IMG/VR virus record: IMGVR_UViG_3300021387_001585
Location: 1-64,000 of that record
Length of the DNA: 64,000 bases
Direction: 5' to 3' (one strand)
Source: a virus
Taxonomy: Duplodnaviria > Caudoviricetes
Shown: positions 39,729 to 50,354 of the stretch, piece by piece
Layout of the letters: each line of letters opens with the position of its first letter
Numbering within the stretch: position 1 is the stretch's first letter
Program-made: the position numbers and the translations under genes
Notes under the pieces: generated by a model
What the model was told of the DNA's origin: nothing
Database searches by the model: none
Seen by the model: only the letters and a program-made list of their open reading frames with translations

Positions 39729-40370
39729 TTATTGTTTGTCAGTTGCCATTTTACTAATTGCATCCAGACCGCCAAGGATGTCGCGCACCATCTTGCGGAA
39801 TGGGTAGCGGTCGAACAGTGTGATGTCACGGCATTCGATATTGTCATTTTCATCTTTGAACTCGCAGCAGAAGTTCAATGCTTCCTCATAGTGCTCGAAC
39901 AGCGGGCTCCCGCTATCCTCGCAGTCGAGGTTCGGGTCGAAGCCGATGCAGAAAACCTTGCCGTCAGGGAAATTAGGCCGGCGCTCGTCTTGGATGGAGT
40001 GCGTCAGGTTGATGGAGCACTCTTCGAGGCGAAGCACGAACCGCCCGTCGCTTTCCATGCTCCACTCGACACCCGGCAACTCCCGGCCTTTGCATGCACC
40101 GTAGTTGTAGAACATCTGCAAGCGCTGGTAAAGCAGGCGGAGCAAGCTGGTCATATCCTTCACCTTGTAATACTTCATCCCGTCACGTGTTCTCACGTTC
40201 TCATTCAGCATGAGTTGCAGGGGAACCAGTTCACAGAACAGCCCGCTGTGCTCCACGGCATTTGCAAACGTATCGCTCCCCTGCAGTTCGTCCGTAGCAG
40301 CACACAAAGCATGGAGAAGCGCTTCACAAGTCTCAATAGAGAGGCGGTTAAAGTCTTTCGTTGTTGCCAT
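39729..40370 (-). CDS. hypothetical protein
   Basis: Operon ORF. Confidence 0.65.
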   Translation of the reverse strand: MATTKDFNRLSIETCEALLHALCAATDELQGSDTFANAVEHSGLFCELVPLQLMLNENVRTRDGMKYYKVKDMTSLLRLLYQRLQMFYNYGACKGRELPGVEWSMESDGRFVLRLEECSINLTHSIQDERRPNFPDGKVFCIGFDPNLDCEDSGSPLFEHYEEALNFCCEFKDENDNIECRDITLFDRYPFRKMVRDILGGLDAISKMATDKQ

Positions 40371-40382
40371 TGTCGTTTTGTT

Positions 40383-40815
40383 TTAAAGTTTCAGTAAAAT
40401 ATCGTCAATATCTCCTTCGTTCTCCCACCAGCCTTCGGGCAGGTCGTTGTCCTGTCCGTATTCCTCCAGCAGGTCGATGACCTTGCCGTCTTCGGTCACA
40501 CAGTCGCCAGGCGCCATGTGGTAACGGTAACTGCGGTCCACCTGAGCACGGATTATCGCCACTGTTTCCTCGCCCAGCTGCTCACGAACGTAGTCAAGAG
40601 CGGGTTTCAGAGGATCAGTATCGGCATCCTCCTCGCACTCGCTGACCTCGTAGATGTCGAAGTCTGTGCAACTGTCGGGTGTCGTGCAATACTGGTAGGG
40701 GTTACTGTCGAGCTTTTCTTTTGCAAGTTGCTCGGCCTGCTCTTCATTCTCCGCATCAATGTAGATGCGCTTGGTGACGCGGAAATCCACGTCGATTGCA
40801 AACTGTTTAGTCATA
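40383..40815 (-). CDS. acidic hypothetical protein (DpnD/PcfM-like N-terminus)
   Basis: Start MTKQF; IDAENEEQAEQLA motif. Confidence 0.6.
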
Positions 40816-40899
40816 ACTAAATTCGATTTTGATTGTTTTTGATTCCGTTTTTTGTAGCTTTCCTGCAAATGCAGCACTTAGAATGTGATTTTATCACGA

Positions 40900-43800
40900 T
40901 TACGCAGCCTGGGCAAGAGGCTGGTGTGCCTCTTGCTTGTCAGCTGCGTGCAGTTCTTTCTCGATCTTACGGTCGAGAGCTTTCAGTTCCGAGCGGAGCG
41001 TGGCGAGTTGTTCGTCCTTGCCCCACTGGCGAGTGAGGATAGCGTCGAGTTGTTCGATGCTCACCTTGTTGGCTTCTACAGTCTCTTCCCATGCTGCGAT
41101 GACAGTAGGAATGCCCTGCAGTACCTGCAGCGGATACTCACTGGCCAGACGTGCCGACACATGGTTGAGCTGTGCCTTGTTCGTCTGCCACTTGATGCGA
41201 CCGCCTTCCACGAAGAAGTAGTTGTGGTACTCGTATTCCTTGTCGAGCAATCCCCTCACCTTCTCCGTGCGGACGAGAATCGGGAAACCATAGATGCTGC
41301 CTACCTTCTGGCAGTTGCCTTCGGTGCGTGCCTCGCAGTCGATGCGCAGCAACTCAGCACCGAGAGCCTTGGCGTAGTCGGTGGTACCGGGAACGACATC
41401 GGCAGGAACCGTCCAGTCGTCGACGACCGCGTCGTTGACAACAAGCCCGTCCTCCGTCAGTCGGCGTGCCTTGTTGAACCGCGCCCAGTCTTCTCGGGCA
41501 TCCTTGATGTCGCGGGCCAGCCGCTCGTTTTCATTTTGCAGCTGGGTGCGCTTCTCCGTCTGCTCCGTCTGGTCTCTATAGAAACTCTTGCGCTCGGCTT
41601 CCAGTCCGGCAATCTTCCGCTCCAGCTTCGCACGCTCCAGCAGGTCGGTGTTGCCGGAGAGGATGGCCATGTACTCCGAGAAGTTCATGCCCGTGTTCTC
41701 GTCCATGGCACCCTCGTCGAGGGTACGGATGGAGAGCTGTCCGCGCTTCAGCTGATTGATGAAGGTCTGTTTGCAGTGGAGCAAGTTGAACTTATAGCTG
41801 TCCAGACTTCTTTCAACAGCGTAGATGATGATATCCACCTTGTTGTCGGCATAGAGCTTGGCTATCTCGTTACCCTTGCGCACAGCCCTGCCGTCGCGCT
41901 GCTCCAGGTCGGAGGGTCGCCACGGCGTGTCGAGGTGATGAACGGCCACCACACGCTGCTGGGCATTCACGCCGGTGCCGAGCATCGTCGTCGAGCCGAA
42001 GAGTACGCGGATGTTGCCTTTGTTCACCTCGGCTATCATCTGCTGCTTGGCGCGGTCGCTCTTGCACTCTTGGATAAACCGTATCTCAGAGGCAGGAATG
42101 CCATACTCAGTGACCAGCTTGCGCTTGATTTCAGAGTAGACATCCCAACCCTTGTCCTTGCCTTGATAGGTCGAAAGGTCGGAGAAGATGAGTTGCGTGC
42201 CCTTCTGGCTGTCGTACTTGTCGTAGTACTGCTTGACGAGCTTGGCACAGCGGCTGGCCTTGTTGTTCGGGTGGTCGCCGTAGGCAGGGTCTATCATTCG
42301 CATATCAAGCGACATCTTGCGTGCCAGGTCGGTGGCATAGAGCATCTTCGCCTTAACCTGCTTGTCGGTGGGGTTATGGATGCCTATCAGCGAGAAGTCG
42401 CCGTCCTTGGCAAACTTCATCAGCACATTGATGAACTCCTCCTGGTCCGGCGTCGGCTTGATGTTCAGGAGCATGGCGTGCTTCTCCGGACGCTCGATGC
42501 CCACATCCTCTGCCGTGCGGAAGTCCGTTATCTCGTTGTAGAACATCGCCAGCTCCGGCACTTTGATGAAGTAGCGGAAGCGCTCTTTCATGACGATGGC
42601 GTTGGTGATGGAAAACTCGAACTCCTTCGACTTCTTCGTGAAGATAGCAGCCCACGCATCGAAACAGGTGATGCGCTGCTTGGCCAGTGCCTTCGGTCGC
42701 AGGTAGCGGAACAGCGAGTAGAGTTCCGTCAGCGAGTTCGTCACCGTCGTACCACTGAGGAACGTCGCTCCGAGATCGCGGCCCGTGCGGTTCTGGATGG
42801 TGCGGATGGCCATGAGCATGTTGAATGCTCGCTTCGAGCCCTCGGTATTGCCAATGCCGGCCACACGGTCGTGACGGGTAGAGAAACCGAGGTTCTTAAA
42901 CTGGTGGCTCTCATCCACGAAGATGTGGTCGATGCCCATCATCTCGAAGTCCACCACGTCATCCTTACGGTTGTTGATGGAGTCCATCAGCTTCTCCAGG
43001 GCAGCCTCCTTGTTGCGCTTGCGCTGCTCCAGACCCTTGCGCATCCTCGACGAGATGCCGTAGCTCTCGCTTTCCAAGAGCTGCAGGGCATCGTCCAGCT
43101 GCTGTATCTCGTCCTGCAGCAAGTCGCGCTGCACAGCGTCCGACTGCGGGATGCGTCCGAACTGCTCATGGCTCATGATGATGCAGTCGTAGTCGTTGTT
43201 CTTCATCTTATTGAAGAACTCCACGCGGTTCGCTGCGCTGTAGTCGCTGGCCGTGGCAAAGAGGATTTTTGCATCGGGGTAGGCCGTCTGATAGGTCTCT
43301 GCTATCGCACTCACGTTGGCCTTCAGCCCGATAATCATCGGCTTGTGGCACATGCCCAGTCGCTTCATCTCGTGGGCAGCGATGCACATGATGAGCGTCT
43401 TGCCTGAGCCTACTTCATGGTCGCAGATGCCACCGCCATTCAAGAGAAGCATCCAGATACAGTCCTTCTGAGAGTCATACAGGTGTTCCACGCCGTACTT
43501 CTCACGAAGCCCCTTCATGTTCAGACCGGGGAACGTCTGGTGGCTGCCGTCGTACTTCGGCTTTACGAAGCAGTTGAACCGGCGGTTGTACTTGTCGGCC
43601 AACTCGTCGCGGAATGCCTTCGGCTGACGCTGTAGCCACTCCTCGTAGCCACGACGAATCTCTTCAATCTTTGTGGCGGCGAGCTGTGTCTTCTCGGGAT
43701 CCTCCACTTTTATCTTGTTGTAGTCATCGTCATACATGATGTGACCGTTGCTGTCGCGCTGATACTTCATCAGCGTCGGCGTGGTATCCTGCAAAGCATG

Positions 43801-45816
43801 TGTCAGCAAGTCCATGCCGTCGAGACGCTTGCTGGCCTCACTGGCAACAGAGTACTCCGTCCACACCTTCTCGTTAGAGTTATGGCAACTCACGGCATAC
43901 TGGTCGATGGCCGCTTCATACTTCACCTCCACCTCTGTCTTTCCTCCACGCCAACTGCAGCGCGGATCGACTGGCATGGAAAAGAACTCCGATGCAAACC
44001 GGCTATACACATCGGCATCCACCCAACGCTCTCCCAGGTTGAAGTCCAACTGCTCGAAGGGGATAGGCGTTGGGATGGCTGCTTTCAGCGCAGCCAGCGA
44101 TGCAGCCACTCGTGGGTCTTCACTCCCCTCGCCCTTTGGAGAGGAGCCGGGGGTGAGGCTTTCAATCTTCTCAATCACATTGCCTGACACAAACTTCGCC
44201 TTAATTTCGTATTCGTTGATCAGCGGGTTATAGAACACCTCGCCCTGCAGTTCGTCGAGCAGTTGCTCCTCGTCCATGCCCGTCAGGCCCACCATATATC
44301 CGATGTTGGGCTTGCCATACTCATTCAGGCTGGCGGCCAGGGCCTCCTTCGCCGTGTAGGTCTTATTCTCGTCGGCGGCAGCAAAGGCAATAGGGCGCAG
44401 CATGATGTCCGCTTTCTGCCAGTGGCCATCCGTCTTCACCTCCAAACCCAGCAACTCGTCGGCCTTCAGGTTCTTCACGCTGTTTTTGTTCAGTGCATCG
44501 TTCAAGAAGCCATACTCCTTCACGAACTCATCGTAGAGTTCGTTCAGTTTGTTGCGCAGCTCCGCATTCTCCTTCTGTTCGTTCTGCTCATAGCTATACA
44601 ATTCCGCATAGCACTTCTGCATATCCACAAGCCGTGCCTGCTTCTTTGTCAGCCGTGGCTTCTTCTCAGCCGGCTTTTCACTTTTCGCTTTTCGCTGTTC
44701 ACTCAGGATGCTGGTGAAGTTTGCCGTGAGGTCACGAGCAAGAACTTCACGAACAGCCTGTGCAATCCCCGTCACCCCATCCTTATGCAGATAGGTGAAC
44801 CCCGGCTTGCCATAGGCATCGGTGTCGCGCCGTGTCTCGGTGGCAATTACATGGTCGGGCTTCATGGTGAAGTAGAGGTTGGTCGGGCAGTCGTTGTCCG
44901 TATAGGTAGAGAGCAGCATCGTCTCGTCGAGTGTCAGGTCTCCCCTACCCTCCTGCTTCTGCATCACCAGCAGGTCGGTGCCCACCTCCGTGCCGCTGTC
45001 CTTGAACAGGTTGTTAGCCAGACGGTAGGCACCAATCAGACGGGCACTCTTCAATGCCTCTGCCAGTTGCTCCGTGTCGCGGTTCAGGTAGTTCGAGGTG
45101 ATGATGTAGGCCAGCAGACCACCGTTGCGCAGGCAGTCCAGACCTTTCAGCACATAGTAGCGATGAATCATCCGTGCTGCATCCCGTCGCACCTGGCTCT
45201 TGCTGTTGCTATAAGCCGGGTCATACACCTTAATGTCGCCGAAAGGAACATTCGTGGCCACAAGGTCGAACGTGCCGAGGTCGCTGGCAGGGATAGTCTC
45301 GAAACCCTTCACACGAACATCCATATACTGCGAGAAAGCACCGCGCTGCAACAACAGACCTGTGAGTAAGTCCTTCTCGTAGGCCACCGTATTCTGGTCG
45401 TTCTTGTACTTCGACCAGTCCATGCTGCACTTGGCAAACTCACCGTTGCCAGCTGCAGGGTCGAGCACCTTTGCGTATTTCAGTCCGCCTTCCCAGATAG
45501 TCTGCATCAGGTAGGAAACAAGTACGTTAGGCGTATAGAAGGCCGTCAGCGTCGATGCCTTCAATGATTGCATCCATGCCTTGAACTCGCGCTCGTCCTT
45601 GCTGTTGTCGCGCAGCAGGTTATGAAGGCGCATCGTATCTACGAAGCAGTCCAAATCATTTGCTGCCCATGCCCCGGTGTCGAGCGGATTGAGCACGAAG
45701 CCCAAGCCGCCGAAGCCTGTATATTTAGCCATCAGGCCCGTATAGTCCGCATTGCCTGAAAAGGCTTGTTTCAATGCTGCGATATTGTCGCGCAGCCTCT
45801 GTAATTTCGTTGCCAT
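40900..45816 (-). CDS. DarB-like N6-adenine methyltransferase / SNF2 helicase fusion
   Basis: YTGFGG, AFYTP, VLDPAAGNG, TNVPF; HEVGSGKT, VDESH, LSGT, GTGVNAQ, WRPSDLEQRDGR. Confidence 0.9.
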   Translation of the reverse strand: MATKLQRLRDNIAALKQAFSGNADYTGLMAKYTGFGGLGFVLNPLDTGAWAANDLDCFVDTMRLHNLLRDNSKDEREFKAWMQSLKASTLTAFYTPNVLVSYLMQTIWEGGLKYAKVLDPAAGNGEFAKCSMDWSKYKNDQNTVAYEKDLLTGLLLQRGAFSQYMDVRVKGFETIPASDLGTFDLVATNVPFGDIKVYDPAYSNSKSQVRRDAARMIHRYYVLKGLDCLRNGGLLAYIITSNYLNRDTEQLAEALKSARLIGAYRLANNLFKDSGTEVGTDLLVMQKQEGRGDLTLDETMLLSTYTDNDCPTNLYFTMKPDHVIATETRRDTDAYGKPGFTYLHKDGVTGIAQAVREVLARDLTANFTSILSEQRKAKSEKPAEKKPRLTKKQARLVDMQKCYAELYSYEQNEQKENAELRNKLNELYDEFVKEYGFLNDALNKNSVKNLKADELLGLEVKTDGHWQKADIMLRPIAFAAADENKTYTAKEALAASLNEYGKPNIGYMVGLTGMDEEQLLDELQGEVFYNPLINEYEIKAKFVSGNVIEKIESLTPGSSPKGEGSEDPRVAASLAALKAAIPTPIPFEQLDFNLGERWVDADVYSRFASEFFSMPVDPRCSWRGGKTEVEVKYEAAIDQYAVSCHNSNEKVWTEYSVASEASKRLDGMDLLTHALQDTTPTLMKYQRDSNGHIMYDDDYNKIKVEDPEKTQLAATKIEEIRRGYEEWLQRQPKAFRDELADKYNRRFNCFVKPKYDGSHQTFPGLNMKGLREKYGVEHLYDSQKDCIWMLLLNGGGICDHEVGSGKTLIMCIAAHEMKRLGMCHKPMIIGLKANVSAIAETYQTAYPDAKILFATASDYSAANRVEFFNKMKNNDYDCIIMSHEQFGRIPQSDAVQRDLLQDEIQQLDDALQLLESESYGISSRMRKGLEQRKRNKEAALEKLMDSINNRKDDVVDFEMMGIDHIFVDESHQFKNLGFSTRHDRVAGIGNTEGSKRAFNMLMAIRTIQNRTGRDLGATFLSGTTVTNSLTELYSLFRYLRPKALAKQRITCFDAWAAIFTKKSKEFEFSITNAIVMKERFRYFIKVPELAMFYNEITDFRTAEDVGIERPEKHAMLLNIKPTPDQEEFINVLMKFAKDGDFSLIGIHNPTDKQVKAKMLYATDLARKMSLDMRMIDPAYGDHPNNKASRCAKLVKQYYDKYDSQKGTQLIFSDLSTYQGKDKGWDVYSEIKRKLVTEYGIPASEIRFIQECKSDRAKQQMIAEVNKGNIRVLFGSTTMLGTGVNAQQRVVAVHHLDTPWRPSDLEQRDGRAVRKGNEIAKLYADNKVDIIIYAVERSLDSYKFNLLHCKQTFINQLKRGQLSIRTLDEGAMDENTGMNFSEYMAILSGNTDLLERAKLERKIAGLEAERKSFYRDQTEQTEKRTQLQNENERLARDIKDAREDWARFNKARRLTEDGLVVNDAVVDDWTVPADVVPGTTDYAKALGAELLRIDCEARTEGNCQKVGSIYGFPILVRTEKVRGLLDKEYEYHNYFFVEGGRIKWQTNKAQLNHVSARLASEYPLQVLQGIPTVIAAWEETVEANKVSIEQLDAILTRQWGKDEQLATLRSELKALDRKIEKELHAADKQEAHQPLAQAA

Positions 45817-45854
45817 AACTCTTGTGATTTTTGATTGTTGATGATTGATGATTC

Positions 45855-46334
45855 TTATTTCAATTCCGCCTCCATGTTTTCCAGCAGGAATTGAGGCGTG
45901 AACACCTGCTGCATCTTAGTGAGGTTGGGTGTTAGCTTGAAGCACATATAGCCACGTTGTTTCAGGTAGTTCAGGCAGTAGTCCTCATTCAAGGCCACAC
46001 GCCCTGTCTCCTTTTCCTCCGTCACCGGTGCCTTCTTGGGCTTCGGCGACCTGCCGTTATAGAAATCGCGTTCAAGACCCTCGAAACGAGAGAATGGTAT
46101 CTGCTCCTTCGGTACCATGTAGTAAGTGCCGGAGGCCTTTCCGTGACGCAGGAGCAGTTCGTACTTCACGGCAAGCTGGAATACCTTGGGCGATTCAGAG
46201 GGCAGGCCGCACAGTTCTATCAGCGCATCGGCTTCCTTGCGGGACAGCCGCTTGCCTACATTCTTCCTCCGAAGTCCTTCATAGTCGCTGTAAACACCTT
46301 GGTTCACGTCGACGTCGTATCTTACGTATGCCAT
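45855..46334 (-). CDS. hypothetical protein
   Basis: Operon ORF. Confidence 0.6.
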   Translation of the reverse strand: MAYVRYDVDVNQGVYSDYEGLRRKNVGKRLSRKEADALIELCGLPSESPKVFQLAVKYELLLRHGKASGTYYMVPKEQIPFSRFEGLERDFYNGRSPKPKKAPVTEEKETGRVALNEDYCLNYLKQRGYMCFKLTPNLTKMQQVFTPQFLLENMEAELK

Positions 46335-46379
46335 AACTGTTACTTTTGAGTATAATTATCAATTTTCAATTTTCAATTA

Positions 46380-47354
46380 TCAAGCTGCCAGCCGTGCCAG
46401 CAGCACGGCCCGCAGTTTGTCGGCCATCGTAGGTTGGGCGGTAGCCTGTTCTGTCTGCTGCGAGATTATCGCAGCCTTGGCAGCGCGTGCCTTTGGCTTG
46501 GTTTCTTTTTGAGCAGACGCCACCTTCGGAGCATCCAGCCACTTCTCGAAAGTGAATACATCAATATCCCTTTTATCAATTTTACAAACAGGAATATCGC
46601 TGCAAGGATCCAACAGCGGCATCAGCAAGACCAGCGTGTCGTCGCCATGGAACATCACGGCCTTTGAGTTGTCGTAGAAGCGCATCCCCGTAGGCTCGAA
46701 AGCCAGCACGTCACGCAACTTCTTGCAGTTGAACGACACAGACACCTTGTACGGCATGCTGCCCACCTCCACGTCCTTCTGCCACGTCTCATCGGTGACA
46801 TCATCGTAGTAGTTCAGTGCAATAGTCTGAGACTTCTTCTCAGCATAGAGACGCATTGGGTAGGTGGGGTTGTCTTTTCCCATCTTCGTCAGCATCTCCT
46901 TCAGCACGGAATCCCACGCTTTTGCATTCACGTCAATGCTGCGTCCCGACGACCACGGCATAACCGCCCGCCAGTTGGGATAGCGGATCTCCTGCTTCAC
47001 CTCGCCGCACACACCGTTCTCGTCGCTGGCTGAAACCACGGTGTCGGAGCCATCGGAAGTAATCTCCACCGTCACCTGGCCTTTCATCTTCAGTACCTCC
47101 ACGGGCAGCATATAGCAGCCGTTCATCACAAATACACCATCGCCCAGCTCGCAGCGGTAGTCCTTCGCTTTATGCGCAGCCAGGATATGACCGTCGGTAG
47201 CCAACAGCAGCCCCGTTTCCACCTCGATGGCGGGCATCTGAGCAAACTGTCTTTTGTCGCGCTTGTCCAGACATCTTTTCAGGTTCTGTACCATCTTGTC
47301 GGCCACGAATGTTATTCGTGACAACACTTTGCTTTTAGTTTCTTTCTTTGCCAT
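46380..47354 (-). CDS. DNA polymerase III beta (sliding clamp)-like protein
   Basis: ATDGHIL, YPNWRAVMP, FNCKKLRDVL and LLMPL match the middle and C-terminal clamp domains. Confidence 0.7.
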   Translation of the reverse strand: MAKKETKSKVLSRITFVADKMVQNLKRCLDKRDKRQFAQMPAIEVETGLLLATDGHILAAHKAKDYRCELGDGVFVMNGCYMLPVEVLKMKGQVTVEITSDGSDTVVSASDENGVCGEVKQEIRYPNWRAVMPWSSGRSIDVNAKAWDSVLKEMLTKMGKDNPTYPMRLYAEKKSQTIALNYYDDVTDETWQKDVEVGSMPYKVSVSFNCKKLRDVLAFEPTGMRFYDNSKAVMFHGDDTLVLLMPLLDPCSDIPVCKIDKRDIDVFTFEKWLDAPKVASAQKETKPKARAAKAAIISQQTEQATAQPTMADKLRAVLLARLAA

Positions 47355-47385
47355 AGTCGTATTATTTTAGTTTCAAGTTTCACGT

Positions 47386-47421
47386 AAAAAAGGCTACCGC
47401 GTCATCACGACGCAGCAGCCG
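47386..47421 (-). terminator. intrinsic terminator
   Basis: Minus strand GGCTGCTGCGTCGTGATGACGCGGTAGCC followed by T6; homologous to the 35.9 kb element. Confidence 0.7.
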
Positions 47422-47510
47422 CAGACTCAAAAATTCACAAGTTATGATTCTTGTTTGTGCTCCGCATCCTTTCAGCAGGTAGGCTCTCAGGCCGTGCGGA
47501 GCTCGTAGGG

Positions 47511-47906
47511 TCAGTCTTCTATTTCAAAATAGAAACTCACTGTCAGGACACCAAGCACCTGCTTGGTCTCTACCACCAAGCCGGGATTATCCTCACACTG
47601 CAACGCTTTGAACACTTGCTCATAGTGGTCGAACACTTCACGTCGCACATCGTCGATATCCTCCGTAGGCTGGAAGCCGATAACCTGAATGTCGATGGTG
47701 TGCTCACCCCAACACCATTTTACGTCTATCAGAGCGTCATAGTTCTCCGTCTTCACCTGTCCAATCATGTGTCGGCGCTTGCTGCCTGTCCTATGGTCGG
47801 GCGCCCAATAGAAGTTCTGAAACTCATTGTCCTCGAACGCATCTTCCATCAGGTTCTTGTTGTCAATCGGTGCATAGATTTTCTCCATAGTCGTAATCTT
47901 TTTCAA
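47511..47906 (-). CDS. hypothetical protein
   Basis: Operon ORF. Confidence 0.55.
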   Translation of the reverse strand: MKKITTMEKIYAPIDNKNLMEDAFEDNEFQNFYWAPDHRTGSKRRHMIGQVKTENYDALIDVKWCWGEHTIDIQVIGFQPTEDIDDVRREVFDHYEQVFKALQCEDNPGLVVETKQVLGVLTVSFYFEIED

Positions 47907-48280
47907 ATTTCAAAGCAATAGTGACCGCATGGTGTTTCTTCTGTCACCTCGCTATAGTGTAGCATATAGTCGGCGGGGTGTCCGTTGTAGAACTCGTTGA
48001 TACACTCCACCACATCGTCATCGTTCATGTCCTCAATATACTGTTTAGCCTCACTAATTAGCCTTTCAGTATAACCGTCCTCCTTGGTCACATTCTTTAC
48101 GAACTCCGTTATTGGGATAAACACGAAACACGGCTCCAACAGGCGCCATGCACCCTCGCCGTTGTCCTCGCTCTGATACAGATAGCCGTCCAGATGCACC
48201 TCTTTTCCTCCCCTGCCGTCGTTCATAACCGTAAAGAACTCCAGTTCCATAGGTTCCGTAACTCCATTAAATTTCTCCAT
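47903..48280 (-). CDS. acidic hypothetical protein
   Basis: First ORF downstream of array A. Confidence 0.6.
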   Translation of the reverse strand: MEKFNGVTEPMELEFFTVMNDGRGGKEVHLDGYLYQSEDNGEGAWRLLEPCFVFIPITEFVKNVTKEDGYTERLISEAKQYIEDMNDDDVVECINEFYNGHPADYMLHYSEVTEETPCGHYCFEI

Positions 48281-48316
48281 AGTCGTTACTCGTTTAAAAT
48301 TTTCTTTTCCAGACTG

Positions 48317-49211
48317 CCTCGCGGTGTGGCATAGTACTTTATGGGTTCGATATGAAGAGTGTTGACAGCTTCAGACAAGAGGCCGCCATCTTATTGATGG
48401 CCGCCTTGTCAGTCTGAGCTGGTCAATGTACTCTTAAATTAAATCCTCCGCTCTGCAGTCTCACATAGGCGGTATGCGCCGCCATACTCCCCTCTCCTTC
48501 GGGGAGGGGAAGGGGGTGGGGCCTGCTCATCATCCATAGCGCATCGCTTTACGTTGCCGATAAGTTCCGGTGTAACTTACCTGGATGATACTGGGAATCG
48601 CCCAGTTAAATCCAGGTAAAATTGTGAACCGGAATTTTAAAACCGTTGGATGCCTTGCAGACCGTCGGGGTGCGCTCCCCTACCCTGCTCACGAACTCGG
48701 CACATCTGCTTTACTTGCTCGATATAATAACAGTGCTATACGAAGGTTCCGATGACCGGCGTCGTATAACAGTAGGGATACGACGCCGGTCATCGAACCC
48801 TTCTGTATCACTGTTTATTAAATGTGTGTCCGTCTTGCAGGATTGTCCCTGTGCTGGGATAGAATAGTCCTTACCTTGCGTCATGGCATAGTTCTATAAT
48901 CTTGCGATGGAAAGAGATCCGACGTAATTTACGGGTCCCTGAGACGTAGGGTCAGGGCCCCGCAAATGTTCAGTCGGATCTCTCTGAAAGATGACGCCCT
49001 GTAAGAACACGGCTGTATGCGCAGCCCATATCATCCTCGCTCTCCGTGCCCGGTGCGTGGCTATATAGTGCCGATGTGCCAGCTCAGGATGACCTGTCAG
49101 GTCATCTCGTCGGTCCACATACCATAGGGATGTCGGACCACGAGATGAACTCACAGGTTTAACCTGAGCTGCTAAAACGTTGCACGTCTTGCTTGGATAG
49201 GTCGCACGCCT
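48317..49211 (-). ncRNA. RT-associated structured ncRNA array A (5 units: 48317-48483, 48526-48680, 48688-48861, 48874-49026, 49042-49211)
   Basis: Shared scaffold with a covarying closing stem and small terminal hairpin; a unique long central hairpin in each unit; no credible ORF. Confidence 0.85.
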
Positions 49212-49225
49212 TTTCTTGGGTGGGT

Positions 49226-50305
49226 TTACTTACGCTTCTTGGCTGCTGCCCACTCCTTCATCTTAGCCTCGATGTCGATGCCGTTCTCGTCGAGCATCTG
49301 CTTCATAAGACCGAACAGGCGCCAGCCCTCACCGTCAGCATAGGCATTGGCAGCGTTCTCCAGCATCTGCAGCCCCGTCAGTCGGCGGTTATAGAAGTCG
49401 TTGTCCTTTGGGAACTGGCAGCCATGGAAGCGCAGCAGGTTCTGCATCGTGGCATACGCACCCATTCCCTTGTAGGCATCCTTCCATGCAGCACACTGGT
49501 CGTAGCAGCCACTTCCGCAAGGAGTGGCCTGCCAGAACTCACGCACAGCCTTGTAGAGATGTTGCGGAGTCTTGGTGACGTTGATGCCAAACATCAGGTG
49601 GCGAAGCGGACTTATCAGTTTCTTCTCAATGTCAGAGACGAAATAGTGCTTGTGGTCGATGGTTACGTAGGGCACACCCTTGCACTTGTGGCGCGGACGG
49701 TTCTGTACATCCTTCTCCAACTTCGTGATATAGTCCGCAGACATCGTCACGGCCAGCTCGCGGTTGAACCAGCGGTTACGCGCCGCAAAGTTCTCCATGT
49801 CCTTGCCATAGAGCTTCGCCTGCACTCGCAGCTCCTCCACCAGCATCTCCCACTGATACTTGTAGCCGTGGTTCTTTACCCACTCCGTGAATCCCCAACG
49901 GGAAGAAAGACCGTGGAAAACCTGCGACATCACCCATCTGCGGAACAGCGAGCGGTTGGGCACCGTGCCCTGCTTCACGATGGCCGCCATGATGGTGTCA
50001 TCAGCAGTTACGGCCACGGGAACACCCTCGTCCGACATCTTCATCAACTGCTCACCACCCGTGGGGAGCTGGATGGAGAAGTACTTGCTCGTGTCGATAC
50101 CGGAGGCGCGGAGCGCGTCGCCCCTCTTCGAGACGGGCAGGAATACCTCGCCCAGCCCTGAGTCCTTGCCGATAGCAATGCCGTTCTTCACCTTGTGCTC
50201 ATGTTCGCCAATAGCGAACTCCGTACCGCATACGGGGCACATCACCTTTGTTTCGTTGTTCTCACTCATGTTCTTGTTCACGTTTGAATTGTTCTTTGTT
50301 GCCAT
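49226..50305 (-). CDS. RT-array partner protein with N-terminal CPVC motif
   Basis: 359 aa; lies between the two arrays on the same strand as the RT. Confidence 0.75.
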   Translation of the reverse strand: MATKNNSNVNKNMSENNETKVMCPVCGTEFAIGEHEHKVKNGIAIGKDSGLGEVFLPVSKRGDALRASGIDTSKYFSIQLPTGGEQLMKMSDEGVPVAVTADDTIMAAIVKQGTVPNRSLFRRWVMSQVFHGLSSRWGFTEWVKNHGYKYQWEMLVEELRVQAKLYGKDMENFAARNRWFNRELAVTMSADYITKLEKDVQNRPRHKCKGVPYVTIDHKHYFVSDIEKKLISPLRHLMFGINVTKTPQHLYKAVREFWQATPCGSGCYDQCAAWKDAYKGMGAYATMQNLLRFHGCQFPKDNDFYNRRLTGLQMLENAANAYADGEGWRLFGLMKQMLDENGIDIEAKMKEWAAAKKRK

Positions 50306-50354
50306 AACTAAAAAATGATTTTAAGTTTAATAATTTTGTTCACTGTTTCGCTCG

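Noticed and set aside
40885-43407. 840-aa plus-strand ORF, and similar ones at 6670-8484, 21029-22411, 51670-52785 and 55630-56832
   Set aside because: These are antisense shadows of well-supported minus-strand genes in GC3-rich sequence.
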